Positions 1 to 8,768 of a stretch of DNA of 55,116 nt are shown piece after piece. Position numbers and translations under genes: made by a program. Below the pieces are notes generated by a model, which was not told where the DNA came from, did no database searches, and saw only the letters and a program-made list of their open reading frames with translations. The number at the start of each line of letters is the position of its first letter. The first letter of the stretch is position 1. Source of the DNA: an uncultured virus (IMG/VR IMGVR_UViG_3300045825_000547) (Duplodnaviria; Heunggongvirae; Uroviricota; Caudoviricetes); the IMG/VR virus record IMGVR_UViG_3300045825_000547, one strand, 5' to 3'.

Positions 1-1
1 A

Positions 2-139
2 GTTCCCGACATATCATCTGTATATGGAATTACTGAGCCCTCAGATGATTCTGGTGGGGTTATCTTAGAAAACCGCACAGCCGTGTACGAAGCATATATT
101 GCCCATCTACCAGCACTGGGGGAGGAATACATATTATGA
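2..139 (+). CDS. Partial hypothetical protein (5' end outside window)
   Basis: Open frame from base 2 (VPDISSVYG...GEEYIL*) ending in TGA that overlaps the next ATG (ATGA). Confidence 0.7.
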   Translation, partial: VPDISSVYGITEPSDDSGGVILENRTAVYEAYIAHLPALGEEYIL

Positions 140-855
140 GGTTTGAGCTTGTGACAGAAGAACAGAAAGCGGTGGGGGAAACCCCTACCTATGCATTCCA
201 TATAGATGGGGATGATTGCTACGATGATGACTCTAATTTTGATGAAGAGCAATTCACTATGTGTGTGGATAACTTTGATGAGATCATAAATGAGCTTAAC
301 CCAAGATGCACTTCCATGCTTATCCGAGTATCTAACCTTGGGTGGAGAAGAGAAAGTGGACAACGAATCATAGATAGTGCATCAGGACAGGCTATTCGTA
401 GAAGCTTTGCTGGCGACTACAGCCTATGTTACGGAAAGGGGGTAGAGCTAATTCCGAATAACCCGAAGTCTATTATCCTAACCTGCACACTCTATGAACA
501 TGATACGCCGACAGGGGCACCTATAGAGATCTGGCCAAAAGCTGCAGTATTAGCTAGACTAAAACAATTGATAGCAGCCCTTCTTCCTGAAAACCGTTCC
601 TTCTTATTGGTGGATGATATGATGGAACCTTCTGGTAAAGATCGCTATTGTCTGCAGCATTACGGACATTGCTGGCACCCATATAAATTGGATATGGATG
701 AAGTGTTATCAGAGGACAACGATGACTTAGGGGATGAGGATGCAGTCCTTCAAGAAGATCTATGGGAACTCCTTCCGATGGAAGACCTTATTGCCTTCAT
801 TTCTTACTTAGAGGGGAGAAAGAAAAGAGACCCAGAGGAAGAAAACTATGGGTAG
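136..855 (+). CDS. Acidic hypothetical phage protein (239 aa)
   Basis: ORF with GGAGG SD; D/E-rich; no recognised domain. Confidence 0.8.
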   Translation: MRFELVTEEQKAVGETPTYAFHIDGDDCYDDDSNFDEEQFTMCVDNFDEIINELNPRCTSMLIRVSNLGWRRESGQRIIDSASGQAIRRSFAGDYSLCYGKGVELIPNNPKSIILTCTLYEHDTPTGAPIEIWPKAAVLARLKQLIAALLPENRSFLLVDDMMEPSGKDRYCLQHYGHCWHPYKLDMDEVLSEDNDDLGDEDAVLQEDLWELLPMEDLIAFISYLEGRKKRDPEEENYG

Positions 856-1366
856 ACGAAGGAACAAAACTTATAAGTTCTCCCATAAGGATGACCCCCC
901 TCCTAACGATGTGTGGGTTCTTGCGTATAATACTGGACTGGTTAAAAGCTTCTGGGGAACTTTCTATATCATCAAAACACCCGAATGGACATTCCGCAAT
1001 GGATGGTGGAAGCCTATCCCTAGTAGATGGCCTGGGGAAACCTATCGCCCTCAGGTGGATAGGATAGGCATTTACCCAGGGTGCGTGTTTGTAGCAGACC
1101 TTGCTGCCCAGTCATCTTATGATTCGAGCGGCCCGTGTTTGATATTAGGAGAGGCTTCCCTTCTCCCTCAAGCCTTCATTGAAAGCGCAATTAGATTAGC
1201 ACATACTCCAGAGTCATTAATTTCTCCTGAGGAGATTCGCATATTGAATGCAGAGGAGCTTAACTTTGAAAGGCTATTATCACAAGAACTATTTGCTAGG
1301 GGTGTTGATGGCATTCCATCAAGGTATCTCCCTTCCTACCCGGAAGGGAAAGGAGAAAGATCATGA
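848..1366 (+). CDS. 'VW-family' hypothetical protein
   Basis: Coupled ORF; N-terminal PPPNDVWV motif. Confidence 0.75.
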   Translation: MGRRRNKTYKFSHKDDPPPNDVWVLAYNTGLVKSFWGTFYIIKTPEWTFRNGWWKPIPSRWPGETYRPQVDRIGIYPGCVFVADLAAQSSYDSSGPCLILGEASLLPQAFIESAIRLAHTPESLISPEEIRILNAEELNFERLLSQELFARGVDGIPSRYLPSYPEGKGERS

Positions 1367-1767
1367 GTAAAGCCACTTTTCTTATGCCTGATATTTGGTA
1401 TGAGCTGAATATTAAAAAGGGGGATGGCACTAGAATCATTTGGTTCAAGGCCGATGAAGCTCAGTGGGCGGAGAACAACATCCCCCCATTAGGGCGTTTC
1501 CTGTTCATCCACGCAAGTTTGGTTGATAAAAAGTTTCTCCGTCCTCTCTACGTGCGGTTCTATTTGACAGACTACCGGAGAACAGAGCCGGCTAAGCGAG
1601 GAACTGCTTGGGGATACATACCTGCGGAGATAGATGTGGCGGAGCTGCTGCTCCCTCTCTGGTATAAAGTTACTGATTTTCAGGAACCTTTCACTTGGGA
1701 TGTGCATAAAGATGATTTTGGGAACCCTATCTGCGATATCGAGTATCCGGGGGGACTCAGCAAGTAA
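1363..1767 (+). CDS. 'VW-family' hypothetical protein
   Basis: ATGA overlap, GGAG SD; MPDIWYE ... PAEIDVAELL. Confidence 0.8.
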   Translation: MSKATFLMPDIWYELNIKKGDGTRIIWFKADEAQWAENNIPPLGRFLFIHASLVDKKFLRPLYVRFYLTDYRRTEPAKRGTAWGYIPAEIDVAELLLPLWYKVTDFQEPFTWDVHKDDFGNPICDIEYPGGLSK

Positions 1768-1800
1768 ATAAGGAGGTCTTTCTTGGCATAAGAACTATGA
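1765..1800 (+). promoter_or_regulatory. Putative phage early promoter, copy 1
   Basis: TAAA-N15-TGGCATAAGAACTATGAAAG; same motif at 3596, 9623, 19881 and 31055, always upstream of a + strand gene. Confidence 0.7.
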
Positions 1801-1805
1801 AAGAA

Positions 1806-1847
1806 AGACTTGCTTATTGCATGTCTGGATTAAGGTCTATCAAGACC
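1806..1847 (+). promoter_or_regulatory. Two-hairpin 5' leader
   Basis: AGAC-T-TGC[TTATT]GCA-T-GTCT and GGTCT[ATCA]AGACC directly before the AAGGA SD; stems covary with 3635-3680. Confidence 0.6.
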
Positions 1848-1860
1848 AAAAGGATCTTAT

Positions 1861-2178
1861 ATGAAAAACACAACACTCCAAAAAATCAAAGCCGTAAACG
1901 CGGCAGCTAAAACATCTACCGATGTGTTGGTCGATGTGTATCCGCCTATTGAAATACCTGTAAGAGGTTGGGGGAGCAGTAAAGCTTCCTTCTTCAGATT
2001 TGTAAGATGGAGTCTACAGTCTAAGGAAATTACGCTTTGCCCTAGGGGTGGGGATCATGAGGACTATTTCAAACTGTCTTTGACGGGGTTTGAAAAGATC
2101 ATTATTAACTGGGGGCACCAGGTTAGCCCGACACCCATAGACCTTGAGTTTCTCCCAGAGGAATTCTGTGCAAGATAG
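1861..2178 (+). CDS. Hypothetical protein in single-gene early cassette
   Basis: AAGGA SD; flanked by promoter copy 1 and a terminator. Confidence 0.8.
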   Translation: MKNTTLQKIKAVNAAAKTSTDVLVDVYPPIEIPVRGWGSSKASFFRFVRWSLQSKEITLCPRGGDHEDYFKLSLTGFEKIIINWGHQVSPTPIDLEFLPEEFCAR

Positions 2179-2181
2179 CCA

Positions 2182-2222
2182 AAAAGGAACCAATTAACAA
2201 CTGGTTCCTTTTCTTTTTAGCT
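2182..2222. terminator. Probable bidirectional intrinsic terminator
   Basis: AAAAGGAACCA/TGGTTCCTTTT stem, then CTTTTTAGCT; lies between convergent genes. Confidence 0.75.
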
Positions 2223-2233
2223 TAGCTCTGGTT

Positions 2234-3466
2234 TTACCCCTGACTATACTTCTCTTTCATCTGATCAAGCACAGGCTTTCTGAAAGAACTAAGCACTCTG
2301 TCTTTATGTACTTGTTGAGCTAACGCTGCAGCAACCCCACCCATAGTTCCTGCCATGAGCGTGTTGACCGTGGAGATTGGGCGTCCTTTCATTTTATTGA
2401 ATAACAGACTACCAGCAGCACCAAGCATTGTCCCAGCTGCAGGGGCATAGTTCCCTATTGGATGGCGGAATCTATAAGCCACATCTAGGTCTGCAGGAGA
2501 TGTGTCATGAAAGGGGAGCATCTCTATATTGGTCTCGGTGATATACTCGTTGGCAGGCTCACTAGCACTCTTTCTTAAAGAAGCTAAAGCATCACTAGTG
2601 CTACTAAGCTTAGTATGGTATTTATGCTCCACTCCCTTGATAAAAGGCTTCTTATAAGGATCTAAGAACTTATCCTCTTGGTAGAGCTTAGCTATAGTTC
2701 CTAGCCCTCCCCCTAAGGTAGCAGCAGCGATAAGCGAAGGGGTGGAATGAGCTTTCCCCATAAGAGACTCAGCTAATAAGGCTCCGCCTATAGTACCTGC
2801 AGCGGCAGTTAGTGGTAGATACTTAGCAGCAGGGTGGCTCATGTGGAATGCGGCAGTTAGGTCGGCCGGTCCTATTTTTTTAGGTAACACTGCCACCCCC
2901 ATATCAGTTATGTAGAAATGGGAAGGATCTTCTTCTCCACCACTTCCCTCTTTGATGATCCCAGCAGTTCCACCAGCTAACGCCCCTATGGCAGCACCAG
3001 CTTTAGCACCACCAAGAGCTACCCCATTCTTCCACCCTTTCGGTATGTATTTGCACCATTTACCTAATTTACCTGTGAGATGCCCTAAAGCCCCTAAGCC
3101 TCCAGCTACTGCCCCAACAGTTCCACCCACTGCAACTCCTTCCACACCATCACCTAAGCCTGCAAGCTTACGTAAGGCAGGAGAAGAAAGAGATGCAAAC
3201 TTAGCAGTGTTGGCAAAGTTATTGTCTGCTCTATATCTAGCCCACCCCCCTTCTGCCACTTCCTCGGTTGGACGATTGTTTCGTTGGTGGAAGCGGTAAT
3301 CTGTTCTTTGATCAGGGAACTCGTAAGAGCCATTCATCAAGTGGATAATGCGGGTATCATCATGCCCAGGCACGGCACTCATGTCTGCAAACTCTCTAGT
3401 CTCCCTAACTCTCTGTGCCTCAAATACACTACTACTTGAATCTAAATGCCTTAACATGCTGCTCAT
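2234..3466 (-). CDS. Gly-zipper, KxA-motif putative virion internal/ejection protein with tandem internal repeat
   Basis: ORF extends to 3550, but the GAGGA SD favours ATG 3466; GxxxG-rich hydrophobic segments; KFAS and KSAS motifs; two ~105-aa repeats. Confidence 0.65.
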   Translation of the reverse strand: MSSMLRHLDSSSSVFEAQRVRETREFADMSAVPGHDDTRIIHLMNGSYEFPDQRTDYRFHQRNNRPTEEVAEGGWARYRADNNFANTAKFASLSSPALRKLAGLGDGVEGVAVGGTVGAVAGGLGALGHLTGKLGKWCKYIPKGWKNGVALGGAKAGAAIGALAGGTAGIIKEGSGGEEDPSHFYITDMGVAVLPKKIGPADLTAAFHMSHPAAKYLPLTAAAGTIGGALLAESLMGKAHSTPSLIAAATLGGGLGTIAKLYQEDKFLDPYKKPFIKGVEHKYHTKLSSTSDALASLRKSASEPANEYITETNIEMLPFHDTSPADLDVAYRFRHPIGNYAPAAGTMLGAAGSLLFNKMKGRPISTVNTLMAGTMGGVAAALAQQVHKDRVLSSFRKPVLDQMKEKYSQG

Positions 3467-3543
3467 ATCTATGGGTCCTCTTGCTTGTTCTAATGTGGGG
3501 GAAATGGTCTCCTTTCCCTTCCTTAATTGTAGGGGAGGAAGCG

Positions 3544-3572
3544 AGAGCATAAGGGCTAACGCCTTATGCTCT
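3544..3572. repeat. Perfect 11-bp inverted repeat
   Basis: AGAGCATAAGG-gctaacg-CCTTATGCTCT in the divergent intergenic region. Confidence 0.8.
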
Positions 3573-3595
3573 ACGGGAGAGGGGGAGTCAGGAAG

Positions 3596-3630
3596 TAAAT
3601 AAAGGGAGGTTTCTTGGCATAAGAACTATG
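3596..3630 (+). promoter_or_regulatory. Putative phage early promoter, copy 2
   Basis: TAAA-N15-TGGCATAAGAACTATGAAAG, near-identical to copy 1. Confidence 0.7.
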
Positions 3631-3634
3631 AAAG

Positions 3635-3680
3635 AGGAACTGACTTATTGCAGTTCTTACAATAGACCTATGAAGGTCTA
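3635..3680 (+). promoter_or_regulatory. Two-hairpin 5' leader
   Basis: GAACTG-a-C[TTATT]G-CAGTTC and TAGACCT[ATGA]AGGTCTA before the AAGGA SD. Confidence 0.6.
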
Positions 3681-3692
3681 AAGGAAAACCAA

Positions 3693-4082
3693 ATGAAATT
3701 ATCACAATTAGTAACAAACCACAACAACATGAGAGATACAGCTCTCCAAGTTGCTGCTGACAAAGCTGCTAACGAAAAAGCAGCTAAGGAGATAGCGGAG
3801 CAAGAATTGATTGTTAAAATCAATTCTACCCTTAAGGCTATAAACGGTATTAAAGGTTTTGAGACAATATTCGTTGAGTGTGGGGGAAACACCATAACAT
3901 TCAAACCACATTCTGTAAGTTTCTACGGCATCTGTGCATTTGATGCACAAGGTCATTACCTCAGCGCGACAACAGCTGGATGGGTTCATGACGGTGTACT
4001 TAGAGATTTCTTCTCCCATCAGGATTGTGAGAAATGTATTGTTAGAACCTTAGAGCAATCTCTCTGGTTCCACGCAGTATAA
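3693..4082 (+). CDS. Hypothetical protein in single-gene early cassette
   Basis: AAGGA SD; flanked by promoter copy 2 and a terminator. Confidence 0.8.
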   Translation: MKLSQLVTNHNNMRDTALQVAADKAANEKAAKEIAEQELIVKINSTLKAINGIKGFETIFVECGGNTITFKPHSVSFYGICAFDAQGHYLSATTAGWVHDGVLRDFFSHQDCEKCIVRTLEQSLWFHAV

Positions 4083-4085
4083 ACA

Positions 4086-4125
4086 AAAAAGAACCAACTA
4101 ACAATTGGTTCTTTTTCTTTTTAGC
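4086..4125 (+). terminator. Intrinsic terminator
   Basis: AAAAAGAACCAA-ctaacaa-TTGGTTCTTTTT then CTTTTTAGC. Confidence 0.75.
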
Positions 4126-4169
4126 AATACCTTTTATTTTTATTTATTTCCTTATGGAGGAAAACGATT

Positions 4170-4586
4170 ATGGTATTTATAAATCCCCACGTTCCGCCGC
4201 CACAAGATGTGTGGTTGCTGGTAAGGGCTTTCCATGGAGAAGGTTGGAACCACTATTGTGTAAAGGCTACTTCGCCTTGGCGCTTGGTTCTTGACGGGCC
4301 AGTGAAATGGTATGTAGACCAAGGCATAGCGTTTAAGATTCACAATACAGACAAACAGTTTACTGAGCTTTACAGCTTCTGCCCAGACTTTAAAGGGAAG
4401 CATGGCACGCTAGTCCACTGTAATGATGCCGAGCATCTTGAGAATATATTTGAAACTCGGAAGGATTGGATTATCCCTAAATACTTGTATGGCTCCATTC
4501 ATATTAACCTGCCGGATAACTTTTGGAAAAGAAACAAAGGCTTTGGGAACAGACAAAGGGATTACCATTTTGGAGAAGACTTGTAG
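4170..4586 (+). CDS. 'VW-family' protein, close paralog of 4597-4989
   Basis: PPPQDVWLLVRA...HYCVK...DAEHLE...LPDNFWKRN. Confidence 0.8.
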   Translation: MVFINPHVPPPQDVWLLVRAFHGEGWNHYCVKATSPWRLVLDGPVKWYVDQGIAFKIHNTDKQFTELYSFCPDFKGKHGTLVHCNDAEHLENIFETRKDWIIPKYLYGSIHINLPDNFWKRNKGFGNRQRDYHFGEDL

Positions 4587-4596
4587 GAGGAAAATC

Positions 4597-4989
4597 ATGA
4601 GCTTTATAGACAAAACAAAGCCACCACCTGCTGGGGTTTGGTTACTAACCAGAGCAGCCCACTGTGGGGAGCATTACCATTTCTGTGTTAAATCGAACAG
4701 CTATTGGTACAACACCCGAAGAACGGAGGGGGCAGCAAAATGGGATTCCGGTAGTGGGGTCGCCGCCAAAATACCTAACACAGAGGAACTTGTTAGTGCT
4801 GTCCACCCCTTCAATCCTTATGTTCCAGGGGATACATGTAGATTGCTCCATATAGCCGATGCCGAGTGGGCCGAGACAATAACCAGCGAGGATTTTAGGA
4901 TGAACCAGAGAGCTCTCCCCATTCTCCCAACAGGATTTTGGGAAAGAAACCCACCGTTTTCTGATAGGAGGGAAGATGAGACATATTGA
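4597..4989 (+). CDS. 'VW-family' protein, close paralog of 4170-4586
   Basis: AGGAGG SD before ATG 4597; PPPAGVWLLTRA...HFCVK...DAEWAE...LPTGFWERN. Confidence 0.8.
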   Translation: MSFIDKTKPPPAGVWLLTRAAHCGEHYHFCVKSNSYWYNTRRTEGAAKWDSGSGVAAKIPNTEELVSAVHPFNPYVPGDTCRLLHIADAEWAETITSEDFRMNQRALPILPTGFWERNPPFSDRREDETY

Positions 4990-5407
4990 TTACTTGCGAG
5001 CAGTGATGTATTACGGCAGACAACGGCTCCCTGAGCTAAAGCAACGATCAGTTCCTCCTCCTTCTGTGTGGGTATGTTGGATCGACGTGAACGATTGGTT
5101 GGTGGTGGGGAAGAGTAATAGATGGATAAGTAAGCAAAACGGTTGGGGGTTCTTGGCGACCGACCTAGCCAATACCCAAGCCTACACGGTATATAAAGAC
5201 TTTGGGCACATCCATGATACTCGGACGAGTCTTGAGAGAAATACGGAGTATTTTATAGACTGCTCTGGTTGGGCCTTTCTTGCAGATTCCCACGCTGCGT
5301 GGCTAGAGGGGCAACTAATCGCTGCGGGACAACCCAACGGAGGAGTAGAAAGAATATATATGGTAACGGAGGAATTTTATGAACAATATACCACGATTGG
5401 GGATTAG
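4976..5407 (+). CDS. 'VW-family' hypothetical protein
   Basis: PPPSVWVCW ... HAAWLE. Confidence 0.75.
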   Translation: MRHIDYLRAVMYYGRQRLPELKQRSVPPPSVWVCWIDVNDWLVVGKSNRWISKQNGWGFLATDLANTQAYTVYKDFGHIHDTRTSLERNTEYFIDCSGWAFLADSHAAWLEGQLIAAGQPNGGVERIYMVTEEFYEQYTTIGD

Positions 5408-5960
5408 CCCCTCAGAGGTAATACATAGTAAGGCGAATGCGGTATTACTCAAATACAGTAAACACATTACACCAATCACGATCCCTCTAGCTTGCGAGCT
5501 AGTACTAAGTGAGTCCATATTTAGTAAAGACGTTTGGTACTTCTTTGCGAACCCCGGAGGAAGACTTGGGAGCCTATTCATTAAAGCTATAGGCAACATA
5601 TGGATAGCTCCTGGCAGCTTTGCAGGTATTGGTAGTGCGTACCCATCTATCAGCACAACACCTCTCGGAAGTGGTACACCTCCAGAATCTATGCCTTACG
5701 GGGTGGTAGTCATAGATGGAGCATCTGAGCATCTTATGGCTGGAAGAAACGATATCTTTTTAGGCTTCAGGATGAGCAGTGCAGGCGTAGGGAAAGTTAG
5801 TCAAGAGCTGGCAGAAACATTGGATAAGATGGTAAGCTTTAACCCCATCACAGAACCAAACTCTTCTCCCATCCCGGAGTGGTTAGACACGTTAAGCTCA
5901 GAGATGAAAAGAGTCCATTTAGATTATTTAGAGCAAATTGTAGAGGAAAGTCAACAATGA
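5379..5960 (+). CDS. 'VW-family' hypothetical protein (N-terminally extended)
   Basis: GGAGG SD; SKDVWYFF ... ELAETL. Confidence 0.75.
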   Translation: MNNIPRLGISPSEVIHSKANAVLLKYSKHITPITIPLACELVLSESIFSKDVWYFFANPGGRLGSLFIKAIGNIWIAPGSFAGIGSAYPSISTTPLGSGTPPESMPYGVVVIDGASEHLMAGRNDIFLGFRMSSAGVGKVSQELAETLDKMVSFNPITEPNSSPIPEWLDTLSSEMKRVHLDYLEQIVEESQQ

Positions 5961-6799
5961 AGACAAGAGAAGAACAAGAACAAGAGAGACAAAAAGAAAG
6001 AGACGAGCAGCAACAGTGGGCAAAGGTAGTTGCCGAAAAGCGAGCTAAGTTTAATGCTTACCTGTTCAAGCCTATAGATGATAGGGGGTTAGATATTTAT
6101 ATCAAAAGCGTGAAGGCTAGCGATTTAATAATCGGTGCAGGAATTAACTACAAAAACTACTTTGGCCTCGAGTTCACATTCTTTCCTGATAAGACTGCTT
6201 TGCTGGAGCCATGCGATGTAGATGGCGTAGATTGGTGGAACCACGAAATAGATTCTTTCTTCCCCTTCAGCAGCTCTAGTGGTTGGGAGATGAACCGATC
6301 TAAAAAGAATGTGATAGAGATGGAGCATGAGGAACATGCACCAATTAGATTGGAAATTGCCACCCCGCTAAGGCAAGAGATTATCCTACCATCCCACGAG
6401 GTGGTTAAGTCTGTGGAGCAAGCCTGGAGAGAATTTGCGGAGTCTCTCCCTCCCCGCTTCCCTATTGCTGTGCTGAAAGAACTCCATAGAGATCTACAGG
6501 AAAAGATGGAGAGAAAGCTAGAAGACCTTATTCAGCAGATTGGTAGGCAGCAGCAACGATTCTCTATAGGCGAGAAGGTGAAGATTAAACATCACTACTC
6601 AGGTTCTATGGTAGGCTTTGGGCAGGTCGAAAGCGTTGAGTATAAAGAGTACCTAGTCGATTCGCAGCACCCCGTAGACTATCCATTAGTAAAGGTGGTG
6701 TATAACATAAGAGAAACCCCAGCGAGATCATTGAAGCCGGGAGAGACAGCTTTCCTATTTGAAGACATAGAAGAGAGCGCACTCTTCGCATTATCATAG
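5957..6799 (+). CDS. Hypothetical protein with coiled-coil segments
   Basis: GAGGA SD and ATGA overlap at 5957. Confidence 0.75.
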   Translation: MKTREEQEQERQKERDEQQQWAKVVAEKRAKFNAYLFKPIDDRGLDIYIKSVKASDLIIGAGINYKNYFGLEFTFFPDKTALLEPCDVDGVDWWNHEIDSFFPFSSSSGWEMNRSKKNVIEMEHEEHAPIRLEIATPLRQEIILPSHEVVKSVEQAWREFAESLPPRFPIAVLKELHRDLQEKMERKLEDLIQQIGRQQQRFSIGEKVKIKHHYSGSMVGFGQVESVEYKEYLVDSQHPVDYPLVKVVYNIRETPARSLKPGETAFLFEDIEESALFALS

Positions 6800-6808
6800 G
6801 AGGAACAA

Positions 6809-7294
6809 ATGATTGATCTAGAGATTCTAGCTCTTCCGTCAGAGGAGATAGAAAGTTCATTCAAACTGAATATCATGACCGATGTGCCGAAATATAACAT
6901 AGAAGCGTGCTTCGGTATTTTTGACCCAGAGGAAATGGAGGAGCTAAAAGCAATAGTGTATCTACTAGACTATGCTCTGCATAACCCTCCTCTAGTAACT
7001 GGTAGCTACTCGGGAAAAGACCAGCAAGCCGAGATAGAGAAAGTGGGGGCAGGCAAGTTAATGACTAACGGAGTCCCGATTGCTTGTCTCTTTCCTAACT
7101 CTCCTGAGTTTATTTCTATATACGGGGAAGAAGCCTATTCTAATCTAGAGTGGCACTCAAAGCTCTGGGGAGGAAACAACTGGCCTAAAGATAGGGGTGG
7201 TTCGTCCTATGCAACTATTAAAAGCTTTTCCCTTGTTTTCTACGATGAGCGTGGGGTAGAGATGGGGGTAAAATGGGCAGTAAAGAAGAACTAA
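6809..7294 (+). CDS. Hypothetical protein
   Basis: AGGAGG SD; 161 aa. Confidence 0.8.
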   Translation: MIDLEILALPSEEIESSFKLNIMTDVPKYNIEACFGIFDPEEMEELKAIVYLLDYALHNPPLVTGSYSGKDQQAEIEKVGAGKLMTNGVPIACLFPNSPEFISIYGEEAYSNLEWHSKLWGGNNWPKDRGGSSYATIKSFSLVFYDERGVEMGVKWAVKKN

Positions 7295-7767
7295 TCCAAC
7301 CGTTTGTTTGGTACCACCTAGCGGGACGTGTTGCGGACTATTTTGTAAGATGTAGAGCACATTCCTATTGCGAGGAGGAGCCCTATCATAGGATCGTTGA
7401 TAGCTACAGTAACCACAGAATTGCGGAAGAAGGAGTAGATATGGCCCAGATAACTTGCTCTGGTAAATTCTACCTGTACTCGGTAGCAAAACAGTTTCAC
7501 GAAAGGGTGTGCGGTTTCTTCTCTCGCCCTACTTACCTCCTCCCTGATACCCAAATATGCCCTCTCCCTATTGCTTTAGCGGAAAGACTGCAGAGTGAGT
7601 ATTTAGATAAAGGGGGGAAACACGGAGGAGGGGAGGTTGGAAGACTTCCTGTGATGCCATATATAGAGGAGTGGATAAAAGCCACAAAGGAGAAAACTAC
7701 ATGCCGAAACTACAGCCCAAGGCAAGTTGGACGTATGATCAACAGAACAAGTATTCGCGAGAGCTAA
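7273..7767 (+). CDS. 'VW-family' hypothetical protein
   Basis: QPFVWYHL ... LPIALAERL. Confidence 0.75.
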   Translation: MGSKEELIQPFVWYHLAGRVADYFVRCRAHSYCEEEPYHRIVDSYSNHRIAEEGVDMAQITCSGKFYLYSVAKQFHERVCGFFSRPTYLLPDTQICPLPIALAERLQSEYLDKGGKHGGGEVGRLPVMPYIEEWIKATKEKTTCRNYSPRQVGRMINRTSIRES

Positions 7768-8222
7768 AAGAACTTAATGATCTTCATCGAGTTCAGCTAA
7801 AAGAAACAAAAGACCTGAGGCAGGCCTATAAAGATTGGATCTCTTCCCGCAAGATTCATGACTTTGATCAAGCTAGTGTTTGCATGGAAATGATATCTTT
7901 CCTCCAATCTTCTAAGGAGGATAGTAGGAAGATAATAGCGGCTAAAGCGAAAGCCCTAGAACCCGATGACTGGGAGAAAACGCTCCCGGCTTGGTATACC
8001 AAATGCACCTATTGCGGGAAAGAGGATAACAGACCAACAACGAACTATCTAGTATCCAACCAATTCCGTCATTCAAATTGGTGCAACTCTTGGCTTAAAC
8101 GGGAATTCCAACCGAAAGCCTTTTGTGAGAGCTGTATAGTGATAGTTCGGAGGGATTACCCGAGCGGAGAAGAAGACAAGTGGGTGGCGGTGAAAGAGCC
8201 TTCCACCCTTCACACATATTAA
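7701..8222 (+). CDS. Coiled-coil plus CxxC...CxxC putative Zn-binding protein
   Basis: AAGGAG SD before ATG 7701; CTYC and CESC. Confidence 0.75.
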   Translation: MPKLQPKASWTYDQQNKYSRELKELNDLHRVQLKETKDLRQAYKDWISSRKIHDFDQASVCMEMISFLQSSKEDSRKIIAAKAKALEPDDWEKTLPAWYTKCTYCGKEDNRPTTNYLVSNQFRHSNWCNSWLKREFQPKAFCESCIVIVRRDYPSGEEDKWVAVKEPSTLHTY

Positions 8223-8240
8223 GAAAGAGGAATAGAAATT

Positions 8241-8768
8241 ATGCGTAAATGGGTTAGAGAATTAGGTAGCCAAAAGAAAGGCATTGTTATTGCGACGAAT
8301 CTTCCCCCGATTACGCCTCCCCCGCCCCTACCAGTTGTAATAGAGTTTGTTACCAGAAGAGGACCAACAGGGGAAGAACCAGAAGAAACCGATGAAGAGG
8401 ATAACGAAGAGGATTTTCCTCGCACGCTTAAATGGTGGTATGCGTACCAAAATAATCCTATGGGGGTAGACGATTACTTCCCAGAGAAAGGTGTGGGGCA
8501 GTATGTTTGTTTTGAGGCCTATTCTAAAGACGATGCGGATACCAGGTTCCAGGATTCTGTTAGGCCTACAAGTTCTCGTGAGTGTGATTGCTGCGGGGAA
8601 AGATGGGAATGGGGACTAAATGGAAGCGGGACTGATGAGCCCACGATCTATGGCAAGTCTATAAAGGAGCATCTAACAGAGGGCAACTATACATGTGGTA
8701 TGTCAATCTTTCTCCATTACTGGGATGGAAGCATAGTAGAAGTAGTGTCAAGGAGAGCAAGCAAATGA
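8241..8768 (+). CDS. Hypothetical phage protein with QNN...CDCCGERW motif
   Basis: Resembles a recurrent uncharacterised phage family (QNNxxG...CxCCGxRW...HxxDG); recalled, not searched. Confidence 0.7.
   Translation: MRKWVRELGSQKKGIVIATNLPPITPPPPLPVVIEFVTRRGPTGEEPEETDEEDNEEDFPRTLKWWYAYQNNPMGVDDYFPEKGVGQYVCFEAYSKDDADTRFQDSVRPTSSRECDCCGERWEWGLNGSGTDEPTIYGKSIKEHLTEGNYTCGMSIFLHYWDGSIVEVVSRRASK

Noticed and set aside
1783..1800. TTGGCA as a sigma54 -24 element
   Set aside because: The GC required 10 nt after GG (-12 box) is absent in all five copies
1783..1812. TTGGCA as a sigma70 -35 hexamer
   Set aside because: No TAnnnT at 16-18 nt spacing in the copies checked; conservation lies directly next to the hexamer
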